A stretch of 64,000 nt of DNA, taken from the NCBI RefSeq assembly GCF_035084215.1, contig NC_090341.1, positions 51,522,001 to 51,586,000 of the forward strand, read 5' to 3'. Below are positions 1 to 8,973 of the stretch, one piece after another. The notes beneath the pieces were generated by a model that saw only the letters and a program-made list of their open reading frames with translations, made no database searches and had not been told where the DNA came from. Every line of letters begins with the position of its first letter. Position 1 is the first letter of the stretch. The stretch comes from Heptranchias perlo. Taxonomy: Eukaryota. The position numbers and the translations under genes are program-made.

Positions 1-94
1 GTTTCAGACACCGGCCCTTGACGCCTGTGGAGGAGCCTTTACCAATATGCGAGTTCATGCCTGTGCAATCTAATTTCTGTCCAAGCAAAATAAG

Positions 95-2735
95 TTACAT
101 ATTTCACAATTATGGACACCGAGGGGACTGACACCAGCTGTCTTTTTTGCAGGTATTCTTATTTTCCAAATGGTCACTGCTGTATATAGATGTAGCCAGC
201 TTGTATGAAGATAGTCATTAGTTGATGAATTTTACCCGGTATATACTCATATTCCTGCAAACAAATCTTTTATTAAATGGTATTTTTATGTTCATCAAAC
301 CAGCAATTAATAAGCTCGATCAATTACCCATTAAAACAAATAAAAGACATTCCTTCATTATTTGTCTAGATTCACTTAAGGCGATAGTCAGTGATTGATT
401 GCCTGGGCAGTATGGGCTTTTGACATCCGATTCAGCTGCGCTAATGTGGGAAAACAATGTATTGTAGCCCTTGTGGGAGTCAAATGACTGGATCTTGGAT
501 ATCATGGAAAGGACTTCTTGGAAGGTGGGAACTTGCACAGGTGTGGAGTCGGTTGTTTACTCATCTTCTGGGTCACCACTTATGTAATGGTCATATGCTG
601 TGGAATTTGGCCGAGTGCTGGAGTCAATGAAATCTTGCTCCCAGGACTCGTTCAGGGATTCCTCAATAGGAAATCCATGGTCAAAGGAGACAAACTCCTC
701 TGCTGCCAGGTGCAAGGCGAGGGAGGAGAGCAGGGGAGACAGAGATTATGTAAGGCAGTATGTTCTCCTGCGTCTTCTACACTGACCGGGAAGCTACAGT
801 TTGGCGAAACACTTGGAGCATGATTTTATGATGCCGGCAGGAGGAGAGTGGCGGGTTGGTGGGGGAATTTTGGGTTCGAAATCCGGAAGGGAAGTAGGCG
901 GCCAATCAATGTCTCTTCCAGTTTTGTGCCTGGCAGCCAGCCTGATTGACAGACTGGCTGCTTGTCGGCAGAGAGGAACTACATATCCAGTGAAGGGGGT
1001 GAGGGGGGGGGGTCCAGGCAGCATTGGTTTTAAGGTATGTTAATTTTTTTACAATGGAAAATGTTACTTCATTTAGTGTATTTTTCATTGATCTGGCTCT
1101 TCCCACCTGCTTTCACCAGGTGTGAATGGGAAGCGATGGGAAAGCCACCTAAGTACAGTTAAAATCATTTTAAGTATCCAATAGACAAAATATAAAGTAC
1201 CTGAGGTACATTGCCTCTTTAAGTATCGGCCCACCGGATTTAAGTGGGGGTTGGACTTCCTGGTGACTACTGTATGCACGCACATAGATTTGCTTGAGTC
1301 TAATGCAAAAATGGGCGGGTTCCAGCCGTGATGTCTGCCTGCTCATAAAAGCATTGATTTTGTCTGGCCCCCTGCCCCCAACCCACCCAATTTTGGGCTC
1401 TAAAATTGAGCCCTTGGTGACAATGGACGGCTTGACCTGAGGCATCGAGCAAGTTGACTTGAGCAATTCCGCTGGTGGGTGATGAGGATTGCGAGGTGGA
1501 TCCAGACTGTGAATCGGTCCTTGCGTTAGTAGGTTTTGACGCTGTTGATTACGCCATGGTCAAGGAATGAGGAATGGAGGTGGTGTTGGGTGGGAAGAAC
1601 ACGAGCTTGACATTGGAAAGACGGTGATCAGCAAGGTGAGAGAGAGGGTCTTGTCCATGATGACCGTGCGATTTTGGTGGTGCATTTGAAGGTTGAAGTC
1701 CTTAATCCAGGATGTGAAGATAGCACTGGTTATCTAGGCCAGGTTCCGGAAACACCTGGGCTTAGTAGCATGTCTGATGACCAGAGGCTTGGTGAACTTA
1801 CCTGCAATTTTGCAACAGAGGTTGGCTGTGATGTGGTCCTTGGCCTTTTTGCTGCCTTTACACTGAGATGGTGAGAGTCTTGTCGGGCAAGGCCCTGATA
1901 AACATGCCGGTCTCATCCGTGTTCTACATGTCCCTTGGTTCATATGACTCGACCTTGGACGCAAGACGCTGTTTCCAGACAACATTGGAGTCAACTCTGG
2001 CACTCTGGCCCGAGATGACCTGGAACGGGATGGAGTGATGGTTGCGGAATAAGTCCAGCCACCCATTGGAGCCCTTGAACGTGGTGATACCGAGGAACTG
2101 GGTGTACTGGAGGGCTTCTTCTTGAAGGAGTGGGCCGGAGATGGGGTAGATTGTGACCAAGCTCACTGGAACCACTCCCACAGGACAGGTCAGATCTGTA
2201 GCAGGGACGCTTTCTGACAGGAGAGCAGTGGGATTTATGTGCATCAAGAAGTATGCAGGTAACTTGAGTTTTACCACAAAGGTTTTTGCCAACTCAAGGA
2301 GGTTTTGGTTGCCTCACTCGTGCTGTTTAATGAGTTCGATTTTTTTGGTCCAGTGATAATTCATTACTTTTTGGTTTACCAGTCATTTTCTCAAATCTTT
2401 CCTGGTAAAGGTTCTCCAAGTTATCTTGAATAACCAGTTGAGATTATGATCAGCAACTAATCGGCTGCAAAAATGCTAAGAATTTAAGTTTGGAAGCAAC
2501 AAAACTCACGTGAGTGGAACCTGTTGCTAACGACAATCTCAGACCTACGGCCGAATGTGAGAGCATATCCTGGGACTGCGTGTTTGCACGTCTCCTGGGA
2601 CTGTGTATGGTTGGGTGTGTGCACATCTCCTTGGTATCTGTCAACAATGCAAGTTTCTTGGGACTATCAATAAGTGTCCGTTTTTTTTTTGCAGGTGTCT
2701 GTTTTTGGGAGTGTCCGTTTCTACAGGTTTCACTG
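95..2735 (-). mobile_element. Degenerate Tigger/pogo (TIGD4/6-like) DNA transposon, interrupted by a MITE
   Basis: Minus-strand fragments from ATG 2386: ELSLDQK..ELAKTF..CGKTQV (CENP-B HTH), PISGPLLQEEA..FKGSNGWLDLFR (Tc5 HTH), NTDETGMF..LPDKTL (DDE start), acidic tail EEFVSFD..VPTFQEVL at 380-700. TIR-like CAGTGAAACCTGTAGAAACGGACAC at 2711-2735. Many stops/frameshifts; left end uncertain. Confidence 0.8.
815..1413. mobile_element. Harbinger-type MITE inserted in Tigger
   Basis: Ends GGAGCATGATTTT ... AAAATTGAGCCC; shares internal motifs (cagccagcctgattgacag, aagtacctgaggtac) with other MITEs in the window. Confidence 0.6.
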
Positions 2736-2816
2736 TTTAAATTATTGACCACCAGCAGTATTAACGCTGCACTGTGCTTCTGCCAGAGCTGGGAACGCTT
2801 CAGACTGAGGTTCAGT

Positions 2817-3310
2817 GGGCATGATTTTAGCTGGGAAAAACGGGTGGGTTGGGAGTGGGGGGGCAGTAACGATTACAAAAATTTAAAACCCGTCTCCAAT
2901 TCGCCCATTTCCGGTTTTCACAGGCAGGACGAGGGGCGGGCAACCAACCTGCTCTCAGGAGGCGGGTCGGGCATTAAAAGCTTTTAAGGAGGCTGCGGGC
3001 CTTCATTTTTAAAGCTTTTTCGATTTTAGCCCCTGGGGGCCGGGATTCCTGGACCTTCTCCATCACGCCATGTGAGAGGAGGTGAGAAGGCCTGAAACTG
3101 CAGGTAAGTGCCTTTGTAGCACAACTTGTGGGTCCGGGGGAGCAGGAGTGCTTCCCCCAGGTCCAACGAGCCTACCTGCAGCGACTCCCCCGCTCCCCAT
3201 GATCTCCAACCCCGCGATGACCGCCAATCTAACCCTAACATGTTCACGTCAAAATCATAAGGACGTCCGGGAAAGCCGTCCTCCCAGGTTTCCCGTCAGG
3301 AATTCCACCC
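2817..3310. mobile_element. Harbinger-type MITE
   Basis: Starts GGGCATGATTTT; body aligns by eye with 8974-9787 and 26738-27438 (accaacctgctc.caggaggcgg; cttgtggg.ccgg.ggagcaggagtgc). Confidence 0.6.
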
Positions 3311-3952
3311 TCCCTATGTCCTATGTGTCTGAACCAGTTGATTCATCACCTGGTCCTTTGATAGAATGATTTCCTCTTGGATGCTGTGCTTCCCCTCGTG
3401 AATGCTGCTGTCTGAATGCCTTGGTCGTCTTCTCCTCGACTGGCTGACTGACGAGTGCTCTTTTCCTTATTACCGCTATGCTACAGTCACAACCCTCACA
3501 CTGTGCTCAAAAGGCATGAGATTAAATACCCTGGTGATGCATATTGCCGCCTGTAGTCTCCGCGTGGGTTTCCTGACAGGAGATCGATGGAACCCCCTAA
3601 GTAACGGCTAAAAATAGCCATATACGCCATTTTTCCAAAGTTCTGGTAGATGATTGGGGAGAACCCCGCAGAAATTCTGCTACAGGTTTACTTCTGTAGG
3701 TTCATTGTTGGACCCTCTGATCACTTGGGCTGTATCGACCAGCTCTGGCCCTTTCCCTTTGCCTCACAGGCCCAGACTACTGGGAGGAGAGATCTGAATA
3801 CCCAGCAGTACAGCTCCTTCCTGTCCCAGTACTGATGCTAGTGTCCCATGAAATGGAACCCCTCATTCCCACACCAGTCTTTCATTTTCTTTTTTTTAAT
3901 TCGTTCATGGGATGTGGGCGTCGCTGACGAGGCCAGCATTTATTGCCCATCC

Positions 3953-6877
3953 CTAATTGCCCTCGAGAAGGTGGTGGTGAGCCGCCTTCTTGAACCGCTG
4001 CAGTCCGTGTGGTGATGGTTCTCCCACAGTGCTGTTAGGAAGGGAGTTCCAGGATTTTGACCCAGCGACGATGAAGGAACGGCGATATATTTCCAAGTCG
4101 GGATGGTGTGTGACTTGGAGGGGAACGTGCAGGTGGTGTTGTTCCCATGCGCCTGCTGCTCTTGTCCTTCTAGGTGGTAGAGGTCGCGGGTTTGGGAGGT
4201 GCTGTCGAAGAAGCCTTGGCGAGTTGCTGCAGTGCATCCTGTGGATGGTGCACACTGCAGCCACAGTGCGCCGGTGGTGAAGGGAGTGAATGTTTAGGGT
4301 GGTGGATGGGGTGCCAATCAAGCGGGCTGCTTTATCTTGGATGGTGTCGAGCTTCTTGAGTGTTGTTGGAGCTGCACTCATCCAGGCAAGTGGAGAGTAT
4401 TCCATCACACTCCTGACTTGTGCCTTGTCGATGGTGGAAAGGCTTTGGGGAGTCAGGAGGTGAGTCACTCGCCGCAGAATACCCAGCCTCTGACCTGCTC
4501 TCGTAGCCACAGTATTTATATGGCTGGTCCAGTTCAGTTTCTGGTCAATGGTGACCCCCAGGATGTTGATGGTGGGGGATTCGGCGATGGTAATGCCGTT
4601 GAATGTCAAGGGGAGGTGGTTAGACTCTCTCTTGTTGGAGATGGTCATTGCCTGGCACTTATCTGGCGCGAATGTTACTTGCCACTTATGAGCCCAAGCC
4701 TGGATGTTGTCCAGGTCTTGCTGCATGCGGGCTTGGACTGCTTCATTATCTGAGGGGTTGCGAATGGAACTGAACACTGTGCAGTCATCAGCGAACATCC
4801 CCATTTCTGACCTTATGATGGAGGGAAGGTCATTGATGAAGCAGCTGAAGATGGTTGTGCCTAGGACACTGCCCTGAGGAACTCCTGCAGCAATGCCCTG
4901 GGGCTGAGATGATTGGCCTCCAACAACCACTACCATCTTCCTTTGTGCTAGGTATGACTCCAGCCACTGGAGAGTTTTCCCCCTGATTCCCATGGACTTC
5001 AATTTTACTAGGGCTCCTTGGTGCCACACTCGGTCAAATGCTGCCTTGATGTCAAGGGCAGTCACTCTCACCTCACCTCTGGAATTCAGCTCTTTTGTCC
5101 ATGTTTGGACCAAGGCTGTAATGAGGTCTGGAGCCGAGTGGTCCTGGCGGAACCCAAACTGAGCATCGGTGAGCAGGTTATTGGTGAGTAAGTGCCGCTT
5201 GATAGCACTGTCGACAACACCTTCCATCACTTTGCTGATGATTGAGAGTAGACTGATGGGGCGGTAATTGGCCGGATTGGATTTGTCCTGCTTTTTGTGG
5301 ACAGGACATACCTGGGCAATTTTCCACATTGTCGGGTAGATGCCAGTGTTGTAGCTGTACTGAAACAGCTTGGCTAGAGGCGCAGCTAGTTCTGGAGCAC
5401 AAGTCTTCAGCACTACAGCTGGGATGTTGTCGGGGCCCATAGCCTTTGCTGTATCCAGTGCACTCAGCCGTTTCTTGATATCACGTGGAGTGAATCGAAT
5501 TGGCCGAAGACTGGCTTCCGTGATGGTGGGGATATCGGGAGGAGGCTGAGATGGATCATCCACTCGGCACTTCTGGCTGAAGATGGTTGCAAACGCTTCA
5601 GCCTTGTCTTTTGCACTCACGTGCTGGACTCCGCCATCATTGAGAATGGGGATGTTTGCAGAGCCTCCTCCTCCCGTTAGTTGTTTAATTGTCCACCACC
5701 ATTCATGACTGGATGTGGCAGGACTGCAGAGCTTTGATCTGATCCGTTGGTTGTGGAATCGCTTAGCTCTGTCTATAGCATGTTGCTTCCGCTGTTTAGC
5801 ATGCATGTAGTCCTGAGTTGTAGCTTCACCAGGTTGGTACCTCATTTTTAGGTACGCCTGGTGCTGCTCCTGGCATGCTCTTCTACACTCCTCATTGAAC
5901 CAGGGTTGATCCCCTGGCTTGTTGGTAATGGTAGAGTGAGGAATATGCCGGGCCATGAGGTTACAGATTGTGGTGGAATACAATTCTGCTGCTGCTGATG
6001 GCCCACAGCGCCTCATGGATGCCCAGTTTTGTGCTGCTCGATCTGTTCTGAATCTATCCCATTTAGCACGGTGGTAGTGCCACACAACACGTTGGATGGT
6101 GTCCTCAGTGCGAAGACGGGACTTCATCTCCACAAGGACTGTGCAGTGGTCACTCCTACCAATACTGTCATGGACAGATGCATCTGCGACAGGTAGATTG
6201 GTGAGGACGAGGTCAAGTAAGTTTTTCCCTCGTGTTGGTTCGCTCACCACCTGCCGCAGGCCCAGTCTAGCAGCTATGTCCTTCAGGACTCGGCCAGCTC
6301 GGTCAGTAGTGGTGCTAACGAGCCACTCTTGGTGATGAACATTGAAGTCCCCCACCCAGAGTACATTTTGTGCCCTTGCTACCCTCAGTGCTTCCTCCAA
6401 GTGGTGCTCAACATGGAGGAGGACTGATTCATCAGCTGAGGGAGGGCGGTAGGTGGTAATCAGCAGGAGGTTTCCTTGCCCATGTTTGACCTGATGCCAT
6501 GAGATTTCATGGGGTCCAGAGTCAATGTTGAGGACTCCCAGGGCCACTCCCTCCTGACTGTATATCACTGTACCGCCACCTCTGGTGGGTCTGTCCTGCC
6601 GGTGGGACAGGACATACCCAGGGATGGTGATGGAAGAGTCTGGGACGTTGGCTGAAAGGTATGATTCTGTGAGTATGGCTATGTCAGGCTGTTGCTTGAC
6701 TAGTCTGTGGGACAGCTCTCCCAATTTTGGCACAAGTCCCCAGATGTTAGTAAGGAGGACCTTGCAGGGTCGACTGGACTTGGTGTTTTTTTGCCGTTGT
6801 CGTGTCCGGTGCCGAGTGGTCCGATGCCGGGTGGTCCGTCCGGTTTTATTCTTATTCTGACTTTTCGTAGCGAGATT
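3953..6877 (-). CDS. APE endonuclease-reverse transcriptase, open for 974 codons with no initiating AUG
   Basis: Frame opens after TAA at 6880-6878; Arg-rich leader, then LTNIWGL, LTESYL, YRPP, VGDFNVH, LDLV, SDH (APE), then NYRPISLL, QFGFR, LDIKAAFDRV, GVPQGSVLG, MFADD, LGVTID (RT). The ORF track start at 6733 is GTG; first ATG is at 6127. Confidence 0.9.
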   Translation of the reverse strand, partial: NLATKSQNKNKTGRTTRHRTTRHRTRQRQKNTKSSRPCKVLLTNIWGLVPKLGELSHRLVKQQPDIAILTESYLSANVPDSSITIPGYVLSHRQDRPTRGGGTVIYSQEGVALGVLNIDSGPHEISWHQVKHGQGNLLLITTYRPPSADESVLLHVEHHLEEALRVARAQNVLWVGDFNVHHQEWLVSTTTDRAGRVLKDIAARLGLRQVVSEPTRGKNLLDLVLTNLPVADASVHDSIGRSDHCTVLVEMKSRLRTEDTIQRVVWHYHRAKWDRFRTDRAAQNWASMRRCGPSAAAELYSTTICNLMARHIPHSTITNKPGDQPWFNEECRRACQEQHQAYLKMRYQPGEATTQDYMHAKQRKQHAIDRAKRFHNQRIRSKLCSPATSSHEWWWTIKQLTGGGGSANIPILNDGGVQHVSAKDKAEAFATIFSQKCRVDDPSQPPPDIPTITEASLRPIRFTPRDIKKRLSALDTAKAMGPDNIPAVVLKTCAPELAAPLAKLFQYSYNTGIYPTMWKIAQVCPVHKKQDKSNPANYRPISLLSIISKVMEGVVDSAIKRHLLTNNLLTDAQFGFRQDHSAPDLITALVQTWTKELNSRGEVRVTALDIKAAFDRVWHQGALVKLKSMGIRGKTLQWLESYLAQRKMVVVVGGQSSQPQGIAAGVPQGSVLGTTIFSCFINDLPSIIRSEMGMFADDCTVFSSIRNPSDNEAVQARMQQDLDNIQAWAHKWQVTFAPDKCQAMTISNKRESNHLPLTFNGITIAESPTINILGVTIDQKLNWTSHINTVATRAGQRLGILRRVTHLLTPQSLSTIDKAQVRSVMEYSPLAWMSAAPTTLKKLDTIQDKAARLIGTPSTTLNIHSLHHRRTVAAVCTIHRMHCSNSPRLLRQHLPNPRPLPPRRTRAAGAWEQHHLHVPLQVTHHPDLEIYRRSFIVAGSKSWNSLPNSTVGEPSPHGLQRFKKAAHHHLLEGN

Positions 6878-7060
6878 TTACAACTGAGTGGCTTGCTCGG
6901 CCATTTCAGAGGGCAATTAAGAATCAACCACATTGCTGTGGGTCTGGAGTCACGTATAGGCCAGACCGGGTAAGGATGGCAGGTTTCCTTCCCTGAAGGA
7001 CATTAGTGAACCAGATGGGTTTTTACGACAATCCGGTAGTTTCATGGCCACCATTACTGA
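6866..7060 (-). promoter_or_regulatory. Structured 5' UTR, candidate IGR-IRES-like element
   Basis: Stacked hairpins: AAGGA/UCCUU (6990-6972), GGUCUGG/CCAGACC (6967-6941), CCACA-GCAA-UGUGG (6941-6928), CUGA-aa-UGGC-[CGAGCAA]-GCCA-c-UCAG (6909-6884), then in-frame GCU at 6871-6869. Confidence 0.5.
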
Positions 7061-7134
7061 TACTAGTATTTTAATTCCAGATTTTTATTTAATTAATTGA
7101 ATTTAATTAATTAATTGAATTTTTTAATTCGCCA

Positions 7135-7227
7135 GCTGCCGTGGCAGGATTTGAACTCATGACTCTGGATTTTAGTCCAGGCCTCTGGATTACTAGTCCA
7201 GTAACATAACCACTATGCTACCGTACC
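7135..7227 (-). promoter_or_regulatory. tRNA(Thr-AGT)-like internal Pol III promoter forming the LINE 5' end
   Basis: A box TAGCATAGTGG (7220-7210), B box GTTCAAATCC (7156-7147), anticodon arm CTGGA-CTAGTAA-TCCAG followed by a degenerate duplicate TGGACTAAAATCCAG. Confidence 0.82.
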
Positions 7228-8685
7228 CGTTATTCCTGCTCCATTTATTCCTGTGCCAATTTGCATGTAGCTCTGGTAGTAATCTGGATATGACCACCCT
7301 CAAGGGCTTGCTTTTTAATTTAGCTCCTGATAATTCCCTCGGGCAGGACCACCTCCCTGTTCCTTCCTTTGTCATTGGTTCTGACATGGACTCGGACAAC
7401 TGATTCTTCACCCTCCCTTTCCAAGTTACTTTCCAGCTGCTCCTGATACCAGGTAGGAAACACACCCATCTGTATTCTCAATCACTACTGCAGAGTATAG
7501 AATCGCCTATAACTACCTTTCTATTCTGCTTCTCCACCCACCCCCTTGAACTGCCTCCTGCTCCATGGTGCGCATTGTGGCTATCTTCCCCGTAGTCTTT
7601 CGCCTTATCCTCACAGGTGGCAAGTTCATCGTACCTGTTGGACAGAACCAGATTCTGCAGTACCTTCTACCTGCTTCCAGTAGGTTCCCCTTACCCTGTT
7701 GACTCAGTCACACACTCCTCTTCCTGAGCCTTGACTTCTCCACATGGTGTGACTGGGTTCTGGAGTAAATTATCCAGACATTGCTCCCCCTCTCTGATGA
7801 GCTAGAGTGCGGGTTAGACACCAACACAACAACTCTGAGCCAGAGTGATTCAAGATAGAGACATTTCCTGCAGATGTGGTCATCCAGGAGAGTCTCACTG
7901 TCCACAAATTCCCACATACTGCAGTCCCAAAACACTGACTGTGCCGCTATTATCTACTCTGCAACTGCTATATAATCAATAAATAAATGTTTAATGCTTA
8001 CTGAATCGCCTTTAATGGTGAATTAGTTTTAGCTACCGCTCAGTTTATTAAATTTATCCTATTGGGTCTATTTACTAAAAGTAAACAGTTTGTTTTTACC
8101 GTTGCCTCTTAATTAATATTTTCAAGTTAAGTTGCCCCTTTAATTTTAACTATATAGTCAATTGAGGTTGGATAATAAATTAAACACTTAGCTTAAATTC
8201 TCGGGCTCTGCCACTCCTCCCTCTGCGTTGACCCCTTCGTTTGTTTGACCTCACCTGAAATCCTGGAAGAAACAGCTGAAAATGGCCATTTATGCCATTT
8301 CTCCAAGGTTTCTGCTAAAGTTATGGCAGGAGATTGGGCCGAACTCCCCACAAGTTTACTTCTGTTGGTTAATTGTTGGACCCTCTGGTCGCTTGGGCTG
8401 TTTCAGACAGCCCTTTGTCCCACTGGCCCAGACTACTGGGAGGACAGCAGGCCTCTGCCTTCTGTTGACTGTCCAAGTGCTGACTGACCTAGGGACGGAG
8501 AGATGGCCCTTTTATACCTTTTAAATTTCACTGACCAACTTTTTCTAGCTTCAAAGTTCAGTGGCCAGTTGAAAGGTTAACTGGGACATGCTAGTCCCTT
8601 CCAAAGGGCTAATCAGTTTTGATGGACGTGTGAGAGAAATTGCTGTCAATTTTCACATGTTCCGATTAGGCTGATGTTTCCTGAC

Positions 8686-8800
8686 CAATGTTCCCTCTAA
8701 TTTTTTTCAGCCATGTGCGGAATGAATTTGGGTTTGTGCACCGATATAAAGGCTGTGTGCCCCAGTGTAAAAAAATAATCGCAACTTTGAATGGAACATT
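8686..8800. mobile_element. hAT-type terminal region
   Basis: CAATGTTCCCTCTAA terminus with a degenerate internal inverted copy (TTGAATGGAACATT) near 8787-8800; possibly the 3' end of the hAT at 16585-17975. Confidence 0.45.
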
Positions 8801-8973
8801 TTTTTAAGTAAACAATATTCAGGGTTTATAACAAACAGAACAAAGGTACAAAATAATGGATAATTGTAACAAGGCAAGCTGTCAAGGATTTTCAATTAAA
8901 CAAAATTGGTTTTTAGAAATTTCAGAAGTAAACACTGTAACCAGAGGTATGGGGACATCCGGATTGAGACCCA

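Larger units (their letters stand above)
3886..7230 (-). mobile_element. Full-length single-ORF LINE (CR1/L2-group APE-RT) with tRNA-derived 5' head
   Basis: A-rich tail at 3886-3898, short 3' UTR (GGGCAATAAATGCTGGCC..CACATCCCATGAACGAA), uninterrupted APE-RT frame, ~350-nt 5' region starting with A/B boxes; three 5'-truncated copies elsewhere in the window. Confidence 0.93.
3800..7950 (-). pseudogene. Degenerate CR1 ORF1 (zinc finger + SGNH esterase), split by the tRNA-headed LINE (pieces 3800-3885 and 7232-7950)
   Basis: 7708-7935 CSMWEF..CRKCLYLE; 7232-7400 VVISRLLPELHANWHRN; resumes at 3885 as KDWCGNEGFHFMGH*HQYW, colinear with the intact ORF1 at 13478-14425. Confidence 0.75.

Noticed and set aside
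6786-6792. Canonical -1 slippery heptamer A AAA AAC
   Set aside because: The heptamer is phased in the APE frame, not the uORF frame, so it does not fit canonical tandem slippage into the main ORF.
6700-6933. 77-aa ORF as a LINE ORF1
   Set aside because: No recognisable domain and it overlaps the APE frame; kept only as the alternative start hypothesis.
7135-7227. Functional tRNA-Thr gene
   Set aside because: Anticodon arm duplicated, acceptor and T stems do not pair well, no T-run terminator; it is a derived promoter head.
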